In this document: positions 36,243 to 44,863 of the stretch, in pieces
How positions within the stretch are numbered: position 1 is the first letter of the stretch
Layout: each line of letters opens with the position of its first letter
DNA from: a virus
Taxonomy: Duplodnaviria > Caudoviricetes
DNA: 58,798 bases
Direction: 5' to 3' (one strand)
Virus record (IMG/VR): IMGVR_UViG_3300031939_000002
Span: 1 to 58,798 of that record
The notes under the pieces: model-generated
What the model was told of the DNA's origin: nothing
The model's input: only the letters and a program-made list of their open reading frames with translations
The model's database searches: none
Translations under genes and position numbers: made by a program

Positions 36243-37753
36243 CGTGCGGCGGCGGTCCCTTCGGTCAGGGGCGCGGCGGTGCGCTGGCGTGGGATGGGCA
36301 GGGTGAGGGTGGTCTCGGTGTCGGGGTCGAGGAGCTTCGCGAGGGAGATCTGCTCGGTGTCGTCGTCCGGCAGCGCGGCGGCGACGCCGGCGGCGGGCGG
36401 GCTGGCGAGGGCGACTTCGGCGCCGTTCTGGCGGGTGCCCCAGCCGGTGCGGGCGCAGGTGGCCATGCCGTACCAGCGCATGGCGCGCAGGATGGTCCAG
36501 CCGCCGATGACGGCGAGCGGCATCATCAGCCAGGTGGTCAGCCGGCCGAGGGTGGTCTCGTCGGTGCGGGTGATGGAGAGGTAGCGCAGGGCCTGCGCCC
36601 AGCCGATCTGGAACGGGACGACGAGGAACGATGCGGGCGGGGTGCGGCCGTAGACGGTGGGTTCGACGATCAGGAGCCAGCCGAGGACTGTTGTCGACAA
36701 GGCGACTTGGAACCAGCGGAGCAGGTGTGCCCAGTAGGCCCATCCGGTCAGGGGCAGATACCTGAAGCGCCACACGGAACGGATGGTGGAGCCGCGCATC
36801 CAGCGCAGGTACATGCGCAGGAAGTGGTACGGCCGCTCGGGCAGGGCGGTGAAGACGATCGCGGTGGGCTGCTGGACGGTGCGGCCGCGGAGCAGCGCGT
36901 AGAGGGTGAGGAGGCTGTCGTCGGAGAACATGACCGGCCGGCCGAGGAACGTCTCGGTGAGGTAGGAGCCGAGGTTGTCGCGGACCAGGGCTGCCCGGTA
37001 GGCGGCGAGGGGGCCGGAGTTGACGAGGACGGCGCCCATCGAGGAGAGCGCGGACCGGTCGGTGAGCTGGCCGGTGGTGAACCACAGGTCGGTGACGCGG
37101 GTGAGCAGGTTCCGGCGGGCGTTGGTGGCGAGGACGATTCCGGCCACGGACTGCACCCGCGGGCTCGTGAGCGGCAGGAGCAGTTCCTCGAGGGCCGTGG
37201 GCGCCAGGCAGGAGTCGGAGTCGACGGTCACGTACACGTCGGCGGCGGGGCTGGCGTGGACGGCGGCGGCCTGGGCGTGCCGCTTGCCCGCGTTGGTGGT
37301 GCGCTGCCATGTGGTGGCGATGCCGGCGGCGCGGGCGGCCTGTGTCCACCAGGTGCGCACGTCGGTGTAGTCGCTGCTGGTGGAGCCGTCGTCGACGACG
37401 TGGACGGAGTCGGGGCGGCGGGTCTGGGCGAGGAGCGATTCCAGGCCGAGCCGCAGGTAGCCGGGATCCTCGTTGTAGACGGGCAGCAGGATTGCGGTGT
37501 GCAGGGCGTCGAGCTGGCGGCGGGCCCGGACGGTGGTGCGGCGCGGGCGCTCGCAGTGGTAAATGACGGTCTGGGTGATGAGGAGCAGGAAGGTGGTGGC
37601 CCAGACGGCGGCGAGGCGGCTGCCGGTGTGGCCGCCGTAGTGGGCGGCCTGGGTGCCGTGCTGGACTGCCCAGGCGGCGGCCAAGGTGAGACATATCGCG
37701 CCGGTGAGGAGCACGCCGGAGCGGTGCCGGCGGGCGGTGAGAGGTCTGGTCAC
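36239..37753 (-). CDS. Processive GT2 glycosyltransferase, hyaluronan synthase/NodC-like
   Basis: PVYNED, VVDDGS, NAGKRHAQ, TVDSDS, SGPLAAYR, FSDDSLLT, LRWMRG; N- and C-terminal TM helices. Confidence 0.9.
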   Translation of the reverse strand: MTRPLTARRHRSGVLLTGAICLTLAAAWAVQHGTQAAHYGGHTGSRLAAVWATTFLLLITQTVIYHCERPRRTTVRARRQLDALHTAILLPVYNEDPGYLRLGLESLLAQTRRPDSVHVVDDGSTSSDYTDVRTWWTQAARAAGIATTWQRTTNAGKRHAQAAAVHASPAADVYVTVDSDSCLAPTALEELLLPLTSPRVQSVAGIVLATNARRNLLTRVTDLWFTTGQLTDRSALSSMGAVLVNSGPLAAYRAALVRDNLGSYLTETFLGRPVMFSDDSLLTLYALLRGRTVQQPTAIVFTALPERPYHFLRMYLRWMRGSTIRSVWRFRYLPLTGWAYWAHLLRWFQVALSTTVLGWLLIVEPTVYGRTPPASFLVVPFQIGWAQALRYLSITRTDETTLGRLTTWLMMPLAVIGGWTILRAMRWYGMATCARTGWGTRQNGAEVALASPPAAGVAAALPDDDTEQISLAKLLDPDTETTLTLPIPRQRTAAPLTEGTAAAR

Positions 37754-37923
37754 TGCTCGCCCGCCGTCCGGCCGCGGCGGAAACCGAGACGGATGCAGAC
37801 GGCGCCGAGGGCGACGACGGCGAGGGCGGCGGCGAGCAGCCACCAGCCGGTGATGACGGTGGTACCGATGACGAGGGCGCCGGCGGCGGTACCGGTGCGG
37901 GCGAGCTGGGCGTGGTCGGACAC
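37750..37923 (-). CDS. 57-aa LAXTG-TM-basic-tail micro-protein (not in ORF track)
   Basis: MSDHAQLARTGTAAGALVIGTTVITGWWLLAAALAVVALGAVCIRLGFRRGRTAGEQ; stop overlaps GT2 GTG. Confidence 0.75.
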   Translation of the reverse strand: MSDHAQLARTGTAAGALVIGTTVITGWWLLAAALAVVALGAVCIRLGFRRGRTAGEQ

Positions 37924-37934
37924 AGGGGCTCGAT

Positions 37935-38171
37935 TCAGTGCGTGGGGTGGTCGGGGTCGCGAGTGGTGCCGAGCGCGTCGATGGCCCGGCAGGTGTCGAG
38001 GTCGGTTACGGCCTGGCGCTCGTCGTGCTCCTGACGGCGGTCCTCGCGGGCCTGGAAGAAGTGGTGGGCGCCGACGTACAGGGCGGCGCCCAGGACGAAG
38101 ACGACGATCACGCTGAGCAGTGCGGCCAGACCCCCGAGCGCGGCCACAACGAGGACCTGATGCGGCGTCAC
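37935..38171 (-). CDS. Small membrane protein
   Basis: N-terminal TM helix. Confidence 0.65.
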   Translation of the reverse strand: MTPHQVLVVAALGGLAALLSVIVVFVLGAALYVGAHHFFQAREDRRQEHDERQAVTDLDTCRAIDALGTTRDPDHPTH

Positions 38172-38410
38172 TGCCATCTCCGCTCGCGGGCGGTGGCGTA
38201 GGCGGCGTGGACGGAGGCTCCGGAGAGCCCGGCTGCCAGGATGAGCAGGAGGATCAGCCAGAGCCGTCGGCCGCTGACGGCGGCGTCCATGGATCCGAGG
38301 AGGCTTGCGAGGGCGAGCAGCGCGCAGAACCAGTGGTCGGAGAGGTTGAGCGCGAGGCTGGCCACGGCGATCAGGGTGATCGCGATGGCGGCGAGACTGA
38401 GTGTGGACAT
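38168..38410 (-). CDS. Small membrane protein
   Basis: 80 aa, three hydrophobic segments. Confidence 0.65.
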   Translation of the reverse strand: MSTLSLAAIAITLIAVASLALNLSDHWFCALLALASLLGSMDAAVSGRRLWLILLLILAAGLSGASVHAAYATARERRWQ

Positions 38411-38454
38411 CAGGATTCCTGGGTGGATGGTGGGTGTTGAAGAGGCGGGGACGG

Positions 38455-38997
38455 TCAGGCCGAGTCGCCGAAGATGTCGGCGTAGAGGGCGTCCAGGCGC
38501 TGCTCGCGGGCGGCTTCGGCCTTCGCGCGCTCCCGCTCAAGCGCCCGGGCCGCCCGCTTCCGGCCACGCACCCACGCTCGGGTGACAGCGGCCTTCGCCT
38601 CGGCTCGCTTCCGGTCAGCGCGGTCGGCGTGGTGACCGGGCATCACGCAGCCGTCGCGCCCGCAGGACGGCAGCGCGTATCCCTCCGGCTCCCGACCGTT
38701 GGCGATGCGGAACGCGACCCGGTAGGCGCTCGTGAGGCGGCCTTGGTGCCGCAGAGCAGGCGTCGTATGGGCGACGTACCCGGTCCACTCCATGTGACCG
38801 CCCTCCGTCGGCGCCACCCGTTGCTGGAAGAGGTCTTCGACGGTGGCCGCGGGCTCAGGGCCGCGCGGGTGCTTCGGGATGCTCAGGGCCGCGCGGGCCT
38901 TGGCCACGGCCTTGCGGTCGACGTGGAGTCCGCGGGCCACCTCAGTGTCGGAGTGGCCGGCGCGCAGCATCTCGGCGACATCGGTGCGGATCTTCAT
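38455..38997 (-). CDS. HTH fused to degenerate HNH (His-Me finger) domain
   Basis: GHSDTEVARGLHV; HMEWTG..AYRVAF..GREPEG..LPSCGRDGCVMPGH. Confidence 0.7.
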   Translation of the reverse strand: MKIRTDVAEMLRAGHSDTEVARGLHVDRKAVAKARAALSIPKHPRGPEPAATVEDLFQQRVAPTEGGHMEWTGYVAHTTPALRHQGRLTSAYRVAFRIANGREPEGYALPSCGRDGCVMPGHHADRADRKRAEAKAAVTRAWVRGRKRAARALERERAKAEAAREQRLDALYADIFGDSA

Positions 38998-39455
38998 GAC
39001 GCCGCTTTCAGCGGTCGGGTGACGGCGCGGGTGGTGCGGATGAGACGTTCGCGGCGGACCTGCGCACTCCAGCAGCCGGGGTCGACGGCTTCGCCGAGCC
39101 ACAGGTGCCGCAGCAGTGCGTTGTAGGTGCCGCACTCTGGCGGCTCGCCGCTGAGGTCGAGTCCGGGCTTGTCCTTGGCGTGGCCGGAGGCGGTGGTGTC
39201 CAGCCGCCACCGCTCATGAGCGGTGAGGCCGGCGACTACCCCGTCCCGCCGGTCCAGGGCGGCGCCCTGCTCCAGGCGCTTGACGTTGGTGAGGCACTGG
39301 GAGCGGACGGGGCAGCGGACAGCGCAGATGATCCGCGCGTCCTGCTCGTGCACCGACTCGGAGAACAGGTCCGGGCTCTCGTCGCGGCAGGCCATGCGCG
39401 CCATCCAGTCGAGGCGGCGGACCGCGGTGTCGGGTACGGCTCCGGTGTAGGTCAT
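38994..39455 (-). CDS. WhiB-family transcription factor
   Basis: W..MAC..PDLF..IC..CPVRSQC..GVVAGLT..ER. Confidence 0.88.
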   Translation of the reverse strand: MTYTGAVPDTAVRRLDWMARMACRDESPDLFSESVHEQDARIICAVRCPVRSQCLTNVKRLEQGAALDRRDGVVAGLTAHERWRLDTTASGHAKDKPGLDLSGEPPECGTYNALLRHLWLGEAVDPGCWSAQVRRERLIRTTRAVTRPLKAAS

Positions 39456-39458
39456 GGG

Positions 39459-39827
39459 TCACTCCGAGGCCTTCGAGGTGCCCTTGGGGGCCTTGCGGAT
39501 GCTGGCCTTGCGGTCGCGGCGGCGCACGGCGTCGGCGAGGGTCGGCGACACGCGGAAGCGGACCTTCTGGTGGGGGGCCACGATCATCGGCTCGTCGGTC
39601 CGCGGGTCCCGGGCGTTGCGTCGCGCGGTGCGGTACGAGATCCAGGTGCCGAAGTTGGTGATTGCCACGTCGTGACCGGAGGCGCCGGCGCGGGCGATGG
39701 CGTCGAAGGTGGCCATCACGGTTGTGTGGGCCAGCTCAGGGGAGATGTCACAGTCAGCGGCGACGATGGCGATCAGGCTCGTCGTCGTCAGACGCTCGGT
39801 GATCGGGATGGGGCGCTTCTTCTTCAC
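39459..39827 (-). CDS. HU/IHF-family DNA-binding protein
   Basis: VAITNFGTW..RTARRNARDPRT..VRFRVS. Confidence 0.88.
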   Translation of the reverse strand: MKKKRPIPITERLTTTSLIAIVAADCDISPELAHTTVMATFDAIARAGASGHDVAITNFGTWISYRTARRNARDPRTDEPMIVAPHQKVRFRVSPTLADAVRRRDRKASIRKAPKGTSKASE

Positions 39828-39843
39828 GTCTGGCTCCGGAGGG

Positions 39844-40218
39844 TCAGTTGCCGCAGTAGTCCGCGGCGGCGATGCGGTCGGGCAGATGAGCCGGCGTCCA
39901 GCCGCGGGACGCGTCGGCGTTGTACCGGACGGCGTGCTGGCGGCAGGTGCGTTGTGCGCGGGCGTAGTGGGCGCGGTCGCGTGCGGTGGCGTGGTCGGCC
40001 TCGGCGGCCCGCCGGAGGATGACGACGATCTCCTGGTCGGCCTGCAGCTGAGTGAACTCGGCGTCGAGTGTCTGCGCGCGCGCGTGCTCGCTGACGCCGG
40101 CGTCGTCCTGGCCGGTGCCGAAGGCGCCGAATGCCCGCAGCAGCGCCGTCAGCGCGAGGACGGTCAGGAAGCCGGCCCCCGCGGCGGCAGCGCGGCCGTG
40201 GTCGGCCGGGCGGATCAC
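39844..40218 (-). CDS. Membrane-anchored hypothetical protein
   Basis: TM then C..YNADA..LPDRI..C. Confidence 0.6.
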   Translation of the reverse strand: MIRPADHGRAAAAGAGFLTVLALTALLRAFGAFGTGQDDAGVSEHARAQTLDAEFTQLQADQEIVVILRRAAEADHATARDRAHYARAQRTCRQHAVRYNADASRGWTPAHLPDRIAAADYCGN

Positions 40219-40462
40219 GGCCGCCTCGTGCAGGCGTGGCTGCTGCCGTGCTTCAAGCAGGGGAACGAGGCACCGCAGATCGGGCATCCGGTCATCACAG
40301 GATGCCCTTCGCGCGGGCGGCGGTCAGCCAGGTCGCCGTCGTGGGCGGGGTCGCCGCGGGCGCGGGCTGGGTCTTCTTGAAGCGGTCGAACATGGGTACT
40401 CCTTGGTGGTGGTGCCGTCCTGCCGCCCGGCCGGGACACATCCGGACGGCAGGGCGGGGTCT

Positions 40463-40942
40463 TCAGGCGCGGGTGCGCCAGGCGGTGGCGGTCTGGTCGG
40501 CGAACTCCTGCGCGTCGTCGGGCAGGGCGCTCGCGTCGTCCGCCGGAGGCTGGCTGGCCAGCAGGGGCCGTACGGCCGTCGCGTTGGCCAGCTCGGACCG
40601 CAGCCGCGTGTTCTCATCGCGTACGGCGCCGTGGCTGGCCGCCTCCGCTTCGAGGTCGGCGATCCGCTTCGTGGCCTGCACGAGCTGCGTGCTCCTGCGC
40701 TCCAACTGGGCAGACAGGTCCCGCCGGTCCTGCTCAAGCCCGTGGATGTACTGGCCGGCGCCGGCCAGCTCGTGCCGGGTCAGCCGCAGCTCGTGCCGCA
40801 GCTGGCGGGCGGTTACGCGGCGGGCACCGCTGCCGTCTACGAGCTTTCGGGCGACGTCGACCGGGCTGTGGCCGTAGCGGACGGCAGCCCCGAAGAGACC
40901 GACGCCCAGGCCGCTGACGCCCAGGAACGCGTACTCGATCAC
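40463..40942 (-). CDS. Coiled-coil hypothetical protein
   Basis: MIEYAFLGVSG; coupled. Confidence 0.6.
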   Translation of the reverse strand: MIEYAFLGVSGLGVGLFGAAVRYGHSPVDVARKLVDGSGARRVTARQLRHELRLTRHELAGAGQYIHGLEQDRRDLSAQLERRSTQLVQATKRIADLEAEAASHGAVRDENTRLRSELANATAVRPLLASQPPADDASALPDDAQEFADQTATAWRTRA

Positions 40943-41199
40943 TCCGGGCCGCCCTTCAGCGGCAGCGAGCCGAGCTTGCGGGGCTCCCTGCCGAACGGGC
41001 GGTCCTTGTCGAAGCGGGCTCCGCCGGTGGCCTGCTCCAGCTCGCGGTATGCGCCCTCGTTCGCGGCCTGCAGGTCGGCCACGCGCTGCTCCAGGAGCCG
41101 CACCCGGTGCTTCTCCGCGGCGAGCTGCAGGCGCAGCCGGGCCTCTCGGGCGTCGGCGGAGGGCTGCTGCGAGCGGCGGGCGTAGCTGGGCGGCTTCAT
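40939..41199 (-). CDS. Hypothetical protein
   Basis: LQAANEGAYREL. Confidence 0.65.
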   Translation of the reverse strand: MKPPSYARRSQQPSADAREARLRLQLAAEKHRVRLLEQRVADLQAANEGAYRELEQATGGARFDKDRPFGREPRKLGSLPLKGGPE

Positions 41200-41489
41200 G
41201 CGGCACCGTCCTGGATCTCGCTGACGTGGACCAGGTGGCCGAGCCCGCGGTCACACTTGCCGTAGACGACTTCGTTGTCCGTCGGCAGGCCGCCCACGGC
41301 GGAGCGCATCGCGTAGCCGAGCGAGGCGGGGTGTCCCTCGTAGGTCATCCAGGACTGGCCGAAGGTGCGGTCGTTCCAGTCCTCGACGCGGAACTCGATC
41401 GGCTCCGTGTCCTGGTAGGAGTACAGGGCGGCCGCGGGGGTGATGGTGACGGTCTGCCCGGCGAGCGGGTGCGGGGTGGCGTGGTTCAT
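41196..41489 (-). CDS. Hypothetical protein
   Basis: HPLAGQTV..FRVEDW..DNEVVYGK..LGHLVH. Confidence 0.75.
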   Translation of the reverse strand: MNHATPHPLAGQTVTITPAAALYSYQDTEPIEFRVEDWNDRTFGQSWMTYEGHPASLGYAMRSAVGGLPTDNEVVYGKCDRGLGHLVHVSEIQDGAA

Positions 41490-41788
41490 CAGCTGTCCTT
41501 GCGGGTGGTGTTGGTGGCTGATGCGTCGTGGCAGGAGCCGTCCTGGGGGCGAGCGGGGTAGCAGACCCACAGGTCGGCGCCGACCTGTGTCAGCTCGGTG
41601 CGGGCCTGGAAGGACCCGGCCGGCCGGTAGGCGGGGATGTGCTCGCCGGTGCGGACCTGCAGCGCGGCGGACACGGCGCTGGCGCGGCTGTTGTAGGTGC
41701 CGGCGAGGACCCACAGGCCGGGCATCTGCCGGGCCTGCTGGGCGGCGTGCTGGTGGTCGGTGCGTGCCTTCGTGGTGTGGCCGTTCAC
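41489..41788 (-). CDS. Hypothetical protein, paralogous to C-terminus of 47007-47666
   Basis: AYRPAGSFQAR. Confidence 0.7.
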   Translation of the reverse strand: MNGHTTKARTDHQHAAQQARQMPGLWVLAGTYNSRASAVSAALQVRTGEHIPAYRPAGSFQARTELTQVGADLWVCYPARPQDGSCHDASATNTTRKDS

Positions 41789-42135
41789 GGCTGCTCACCT
41801 CGCAGGCATGTGGGCATCTGCACCAGGTGCTCGCGCAGGACGCCGGCGGTGACGTCGTAGTCCTGGGCCGTCGCCCAGTTGGCGTGCGGGAAGGTGTCGC
41901 GGAGCAGCAGCGCGATCTCGTGGTGCAGGCTGCCGTCGGCGAGCGGGATCTCGCGGTGCCCGAACGGCGGCCGCGGGTCCACGGCCAGGGCGAGCGCCAC
42001 CCAGTGCAGGCCGTCGTCCCAACGGACGCGGGTGATGCGCACCTCGGCGACGTCGCGGCTGGTGATCCTCCGCAGGCTCCGCGCCAGGTGGCGGCGGAGC
42101 CGCTTGGACGCGCGCTGCTGTGCGGGCTCGGTCAT
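41785..42135 (-). CDS. Hypothetical protein
   Basis: FPHANWATAQDYDV. Confidence 0.65.
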   Translation of the reverse strand: MTEPAQQRASKRLRRHLARSLRRITSRDVAEVRITRVRWDDGLHWVALALAVDPRPPFGHREIPLADGSLHHEIALLLRDTFPHANWATAQDYDVTAGVLREHLVQMPTCLRGEQP

Positions 42136-42554
42136 GACGTGCCGCCGGCGTGGAAGCAGAAGCGGACGCCGGTCATCAGCTGGTCGTAGGTGGCGGCTGT
42201 GCGCGGACTCCAGCCGTTTTCGGGACCGTGGGCGTTGCGGAACCAGGCGTCGCAGGTGGCGAGCAGCAGCTGCTCGCGGTCGTTGTCGCGGGCGCTGGTG
42301 CCGCCGTCGGCCGGTGTGACCGTCTCGGGGTGGTCAGCTGCCAGGCGCATGAAGGCGTCCTCGAGGGACGGGGACTCCATGTCGTGGCGGTCGGGTGCGG
42401 GCAGCGGCAGGGCGTCGTGCAGGCGCTGGAACTCCGCGGCCTGGGCGCGACGGGAGTGGCGCAGCTGGAAGGCTTCCCAGCGGGCGCGGAGCCCGGTGAG
42501 CGTGTGGTGCTGGGTGACGCGACGGCTGATGTTCAGCATTGTGGTCATCGCCAT
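42132..42554 (-). CDS. Hypothetical protein
   Basis: GGAGG RBS; coupled. Confidence 0.65.
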   Translation of the reverse strand: MAMTTMLNISRRVTQHHTLTGLRARWEAFQLRHSRRAQAAEFQRLHDALPLPAPDRHDMESPSLEDAFMRLAADHPETVTPADGGTSARDNDREQLLLATCDAWFRNAHGPENGWSPRTAATYDQLMTGVRFCFHAGGTS

Positions 42555-42569
42555 CGCCTCCCTTCGGGG

Positions 42570-42875
42570 TCAGTCGGATTGGGGGTGGTGCAGGGCCGCG
42601 CGTGCGGCGGCGGCTCCGCGCTGGGCGGTCTCGGGGCTCGGTGGCCGGCGGCGCTGCCGCCATGGCTCCGGTGTGCTGTCGAGCAGGTCCGGCGGCTCGG
42701 CGTCGGGGTCGGCAATCAGCTGGGCGACAGCGACGACCAGGCGGCCGAAGTTCATGGCTTCGCGGCAGCGGATCTGGGCGAGGACATCTCGCAGCTGGTC
42801 GGTGGACCAGTCCGGGCGGGCTGTCGACGCGAGGGCGAGCAGCTGCGTGGTGGCCGGGCGAGGCAGGTCGGTCAT
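42570..42875 (-). CDS. Hypothetical protein following initiator
   Basis: LLALASTARPDW. Confidence 0.65.
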   Translation of the reverse strand: MTDLPRPATTQLLALASTARPDWSTDQLRDVLAQIRCREAMNFGRLVVAVAQLIADPDAEPPDLLDSTPEPWRQRRRPPSPETAQRGAAAARAALHHPQSD

Positions 42876-44119
42876 CGCGGCCCCCCGCACGGCTCCGCGG
42901 GCTGCTGCCGGGTAGTGGCTGCGGGCAGCCGGTAGGGCGTGTGGATGCCCATCTGCCGCTCCCGCTTGTCGAGTTCGGCCTCGAGGCGGTGGAGCGCGGC
43001 TGTGGCCGCCCGGTTGTCGGCGCAGGTGGCGCAGGGCTGCCCGGTGTGCCAGTTCCGGCCGGACTCGCAGTCGATGAGCCCGCAGCTGCGGCGGACCATG
43101 GCCGTGCCGAGGAGCCACCGGCCGGGGTCGCGTATCTCCTGGGTCGAGGCGAAGCGGAACTGCAGCCGGGCGCGGATCCGGGCGGGCTCCTGGCCCTGGT
43201 CGAGCTGGCGGCCGATTTCCCGGGCCAGCTCACGGACCACGTACGGCGACAGGCCCGGCAGCAGGCCCTTCACCGGTTCGAGGACTCGCCAGATCCGCGG
43301 AGCGAGAGTCAGCTCAGGCCCGGTGTACGGGCGGCGCAGCGACGGCGGCAGCTGCGGGTTTTCCACAGGGCCACGCGCTACTTCCTGCTCTCGCCTACGG
43401 CGGATGACAGAGGCGGCAGTGGGCGGATCATCAGGTGAGTCAATCGGGTGGTCTTCCTCTGTCGCGAGGGATCCCTCACCAAGATCCGCACCCGATCCCT
43501 CGTCAATGTCCGCGGTCAGCGGCTCCTGGAGGGGCTCGTCGTGGACGGTGTAGAGGTGGCGGCCGCGGTATCCGGCCCGCCGGTCGACGCTGATCCAGCC
43601 CAGCGCCTCCAGGTCCTGCAGGATTCTCCGCACCGAGCGGGCGGCGAGGGGCTGGCCGGCTGCCTTCCCGGACCGGTGCCGCAGCACCTGGCCCAGGTCT
43701 GTGAGGCTCATGTGGTGGCCGGTCGCTGTGCCGTACGCGATGGCGGCGAAGGCGCGCAGCTGGCGGGGGCTCAGCGCCTCGGCGGCCCGGGTGGGTACCC
43801 ACGCGCCGTGCTCGGCTCGGCCGGCGGCCCGCACCCGGCGGACGGCGGTGTGCCCGCGGCCCCCGCGGTGCGTGCGCCGGTGGCTCGTGACCTCGGCTAT
43901 GTCGTCGTCCGGGGCCGGCCGCATCAGTTCGGTCAGCGCCCGCTCGACGGTCGAGCGGCCCAGACCGAGCAGCCCGGAGAGGTAGGCGACCCCGGCCTCG
44001 CAGCCCGTCTCTCGCCGCGACAGGGCGGCGATCTTCACATACACCGGCACCGCGGCGTCGGCGTAATAGCCAACGATGACACGCAGCGGCACGCGGACTC
44101 GCTGAGGCATCAGGATCAC
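42872..44119 (-). CDS. Putative replication initiator with tandem wHTH domains
   Basis: LSGLLGLGRSTVERALTEL; RSVRRILQDLEALGWI; RDPGRWL..CG..CESG..CATC. Confidence 0.7.
   Translation of the reverse strand: MILMPQRVRVPLRVIVGYYADAAVPVYVKIAALSRRETGCEAGVAYLSGLLGLGRSTVERALTELMRPAPDDDIAEVTSHRRTHRGGRGHTAVRRVRAAGRAEHGAWVPTRAAEALSPRQLRAFAAIAYGTATGHHMSLTDLGQVLRHRSGKAAGQPLAARSVRRILQDLEALGWISVDRRAGYRGRHLYTVHDEPLQEPLTADIDEGSGADLGEGSLATEEDHPIDSPDDPPTAASVIRRRREQEVARGPVENPQLPPSLRRPYTGPELTLAPRIWRVLEPVKGLLPGLSPYVVRELAREIGRQLDQGQEPARIRARLQFRFASTQEIRDPGRWLLGTAMVRRSCGLIDCESGRNWHTGQPCATCADNRAATAALHRLEAELDKRERQMGIHTPYRLPAATTRQQPAEPCGGPR
43359..43517. promoter_or_regulatory. Candidate origin: iteron-like repeats plus DnaA box
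   Basis: gatccctc..aa..tccgc at 24-bp period (43470, 43494); TTTTCCACA at 43359-43367. Confidence 0.45.
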
Positions 44120-44176
44120 CTCCTCTCAGGGGCGGCAGGGGCGGGTCATGCGCGTCTCATGGGCGCGTCATGGCGG

Positions 44177-44347
44177 TCAGGAGCGGCGGTCGCGGCGTTC
44201 TTCGGCGATCAGGTAGGCGCAGCCGACCCAGGTGAGGGCGACCGCCGCGCCGCCGGTGATGGCGGCGAGCTGCACGTCGAGGGACATGCCGTACGTGACG
44301 AGCGCCGAGAGGGCGCCGAGCAGGAGTCCGGCCAGGACGACGGGCAT
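44177..44347 (-). CDS. Small membrane protein (not in ORF track)
   Basis: MPVVLAGLLLGALSALVTYGMSLDVQLAAITGGAAVALTWVGCAYLIAEERRDRRS. Confidence 0.6.
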   Translation of the reverse strand: MPVVLAGLLLGALSALVTYGMSLDVQLAAITGGAAVALTWVGCAYLIAEERRDRRS

Positions 44348-44350
44348 CGG

Positions 44351-44863
44351 TCAGTCCTCGCCGTCGTGGTCGCGGGCGGTGTAAAGCACCGCGGTGAGGC
44401 CTTCGGCCAGGGCCTGCATCTCATGCCGGACCTCGGTCACGGTCAGCTCGGGGCCGTGGACCAGGCGCTGCGCGTACTCCCGCCAGTGCTCAAGGCCGGC
44501 GCGCAGCCGCGCGGTCTCGATGTAGGCGAGCATCCCGCCGGTCAGCCGCAGGGTGCTGTCCGACAGTTCGAGCTGGCCGTCGTCGTCGAAGGTTCCGCGC
44601 GCGGTCCGCTGGAGGTGCAGGAAGCGCTGAGCCTCGCGGACGGACCCCTCCTGCTCCTTGTTGGGGAGTTCCAGACCCACGATCCTGACCTTGACGCTCG
44701 GCTCCTTCTCAGTGCCGGGCGCGGGCTCGGTGCGCTCGATCGCGGCGAACTCGATGATGGCCATGCGGCGCCCGCCGGGCTGGTCGTACAGGGGCCGCAC
44801 GTGCGGTTCCAGGGCTTCCTGGGCGCTCGCCGACACCTTGGCGTCGAACTTCAACTGGGTCAC
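44351..44863 (-). CDS. Hypothetical protein
   Basis: MTQLKFDAKVS; AAGGAG RBS. Confidence 0.7.
   Translation of the reverse strand: MTQLKFDAKVSASAQEALEPHVRPLYDQPGGRRMAIIEFAAIERTEPAPGTEKEPSVKVRIVGLELPNKEQEGSVREAQRFLHLQRTARGTFDDDGQLELSDSTLRLTGGMLAYIETARLRAGLEHWREYAQRLVHGPELTVTEVRHEMQALAEGLTAVLYTARDHDGED

Noticed and set aside
34314-37694. 1126-aa ORF as a single protein
   Set aside because: Its N-terminal part is an alternate frame of the GT2 gene; the plausible start is the ATG at 36242.
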